From assembly GCA_964633115.1 (NCBI GenBank), contig CAZWEO010000002.1:7935-71934 (forward strand): a stretch of 64,000 nt of DNA, given 5' to 3'. Position 1 is the stretch's first letter. Every line of letters starts with the position of its first letter. Below, piece after piece: positions 63,286-64,000 of the stretch. The notes beneath the pieces were generated by a model, which saw only the letters and a program-made list of their open reading frames with translations, searched no databases and had not been told where the DNA came from. Origin of the DNA: an uncultured Desulfobacterales bacterium (GTDB taxonomy: Bacteria > Desulfobacterota > Desulfobacteria > Desulfobacterales > B30-G6). Position numbers and translations under genes: made by a program.

Positions 63286-64000
63286 ATGAAAGTTGGCGTA
63301 CTCAAGGAAATTAAGGTAAAAGAAAATCGTGTGGCCATGACACCAGCCGGCGCTGAACTGATGGCGGCCAATGGGCACACCGTGATGATTGAAACCACAG
63401 CCGGAGAGGGCTCGGGATTTTCAGATGAAGAATACGTAAAAGTTGGCGCTCAAATTGAGCCCAGCGCACAGGCCATATACGAGAAGAGCGAAATGGTCAT
63501 GAAGGTCAAAGAACCGCTTCCGGTGGAATATCCCCTGATCCGCAAAGGTCAGGTCTTATTTACCTATTTTCATTTTGCAGCCTCCGAAGAACTGACCCGC
63601 GCCATGATCGATAGTGGGTCGGTTTCGGTTGCCTATGAGACCGTGGAAAAAACCAATGGTTCACTGCCCCTGCTGACGCCTATGAGTGAAGTGGCCGGCC
63701 GTATGGCCATTCATGAAGGCGCCAAATATCTGGAAAAAACCTACAACGGCAAGGGCATACTCTTGGGTGGTGTGCCCGGTGTTGAACCCGGCACCGTCAT
63801 CGTTATCGGCGGCGGCATCGTGGGAACCAACTCGGCCAAGATGGCTTGCGGCATGGGTGCCAAGGTGTATTTGCTGGATACCAACCTGGAGCGGCTGCGC
63901 TATCTTTCCGACGTGATGCCTAAAAATTGTTTTCCCCTCATGTCCAACCCGTCCACCCTCCGGAACCTACTGGCCGAAGCAGACCTGGTGGTAGGTGCCG
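63286..64000 (+). CDS. ald: alanine dehydrogenase (N-terminal 238 aa; runs off the window)
   Basis: Absent from the ORF track (open-ended). ATG at 63286 after AAGGAGG: MKVGVLKEIKVKENRVAMTPAG...KVKEP...LFTYFHFAAS...PLLTPMSEVAGR...VIGGGIVGTN. Confidence 0.95.
   Translation, partial: MKVGVLKEIKVKENRVAMTPAGAELMAANGHTVMIETTAGEGSGFSDEEYVKVGAQIEPSAQAIYEKSEMVMKVKEPLPVEYPLIRKGQVLFTYFHFAASEELTRAMIDSGSVSVAYETVEKTNGSLPLLTPMSEVAGRMAIHEGAKYLEKTYNGKGILLGGVPGVEPGTVIVIGGGIVGTNSAKMACGMGAKVYLLDTNLERLRYLSDVMPKNCFPLMSNPSTLRNLLAEADLVVGA

Noticed and set aside
1-64000. In-frame UGA selenoprotein genes, prompted by the tRNA-Sec.
   Set aside because: I looked for adjacent same-frame ORF pairs split by TGA in the gaps between called genes and found none that was convincing. 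This cannot be excluded without a SECIS/bSECISearch-type scan.

Overview
This is a 64 kb chromosomal window from a Gram-negative anaerobe. The gene content suggests Desulfobacterota, but that is inference only: 4-subunit 2-oxoacid:ferredoxin oxidoreductase, tRNA-Sec, DUF39 homocysteine synthesis, plant-type DapB, an lptCAB-rpoN-hpf-ptsN-rapZ block, LarC. Most of the window is densely packed housekeeping genes: pyrC, lepB, pgpA, dnaE, guaB, tsaC, sppA, rpsA, cmk, alaS, recA, kdsA/C, gap, tpiA, secG.

Two tRNA genes, tRNA-Sec at 4.55 kb and tRNA-Leu(GAG) at 53.1 kb, are each followed by integrase debris.

Five areas stand out:
- A translationally coupled three-gene envelope module at 5.5-10.2 kb: a TPR lipoprotein, a 2-TM protein ending in a RelE/ParE-like domain, and an ExeA-type ATPase with a TM segment and an OmpA-like domain. 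An orphan lasso-B2-like protease gene lies next to it. No secretin, pilus or exosortase genes are in view.
- A family of intergenic 'word-repeat' inverted-repeat cassettes at 16.4, 18.6, 19.4, 35.2, 46.3 and 51.7 kb. One of them encloses a four-helix-bundle (23S rRNA IVS-type) protein gene.
- A tRNA-Leu island at about 53.2-58.8 kb. It carries two head-to-head truncated integrases, a HigB toxin paired with a HigA::ImmA/IrrE fusion and its operator palindromes, an MFS transporter and a cytoplasmic trypsin-like protease.
- A transketolase-like / GntR(HutC) / long transaldolase cluster with a perfect HutC-type palindrome upstream.
- Peptidoglycan-recycling genes (namZ and a murU-amgK fusion) flanking plsB.

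All family assignments come from motifs read by eye in the translations. No database search was possible, and start codons are often uncertain.
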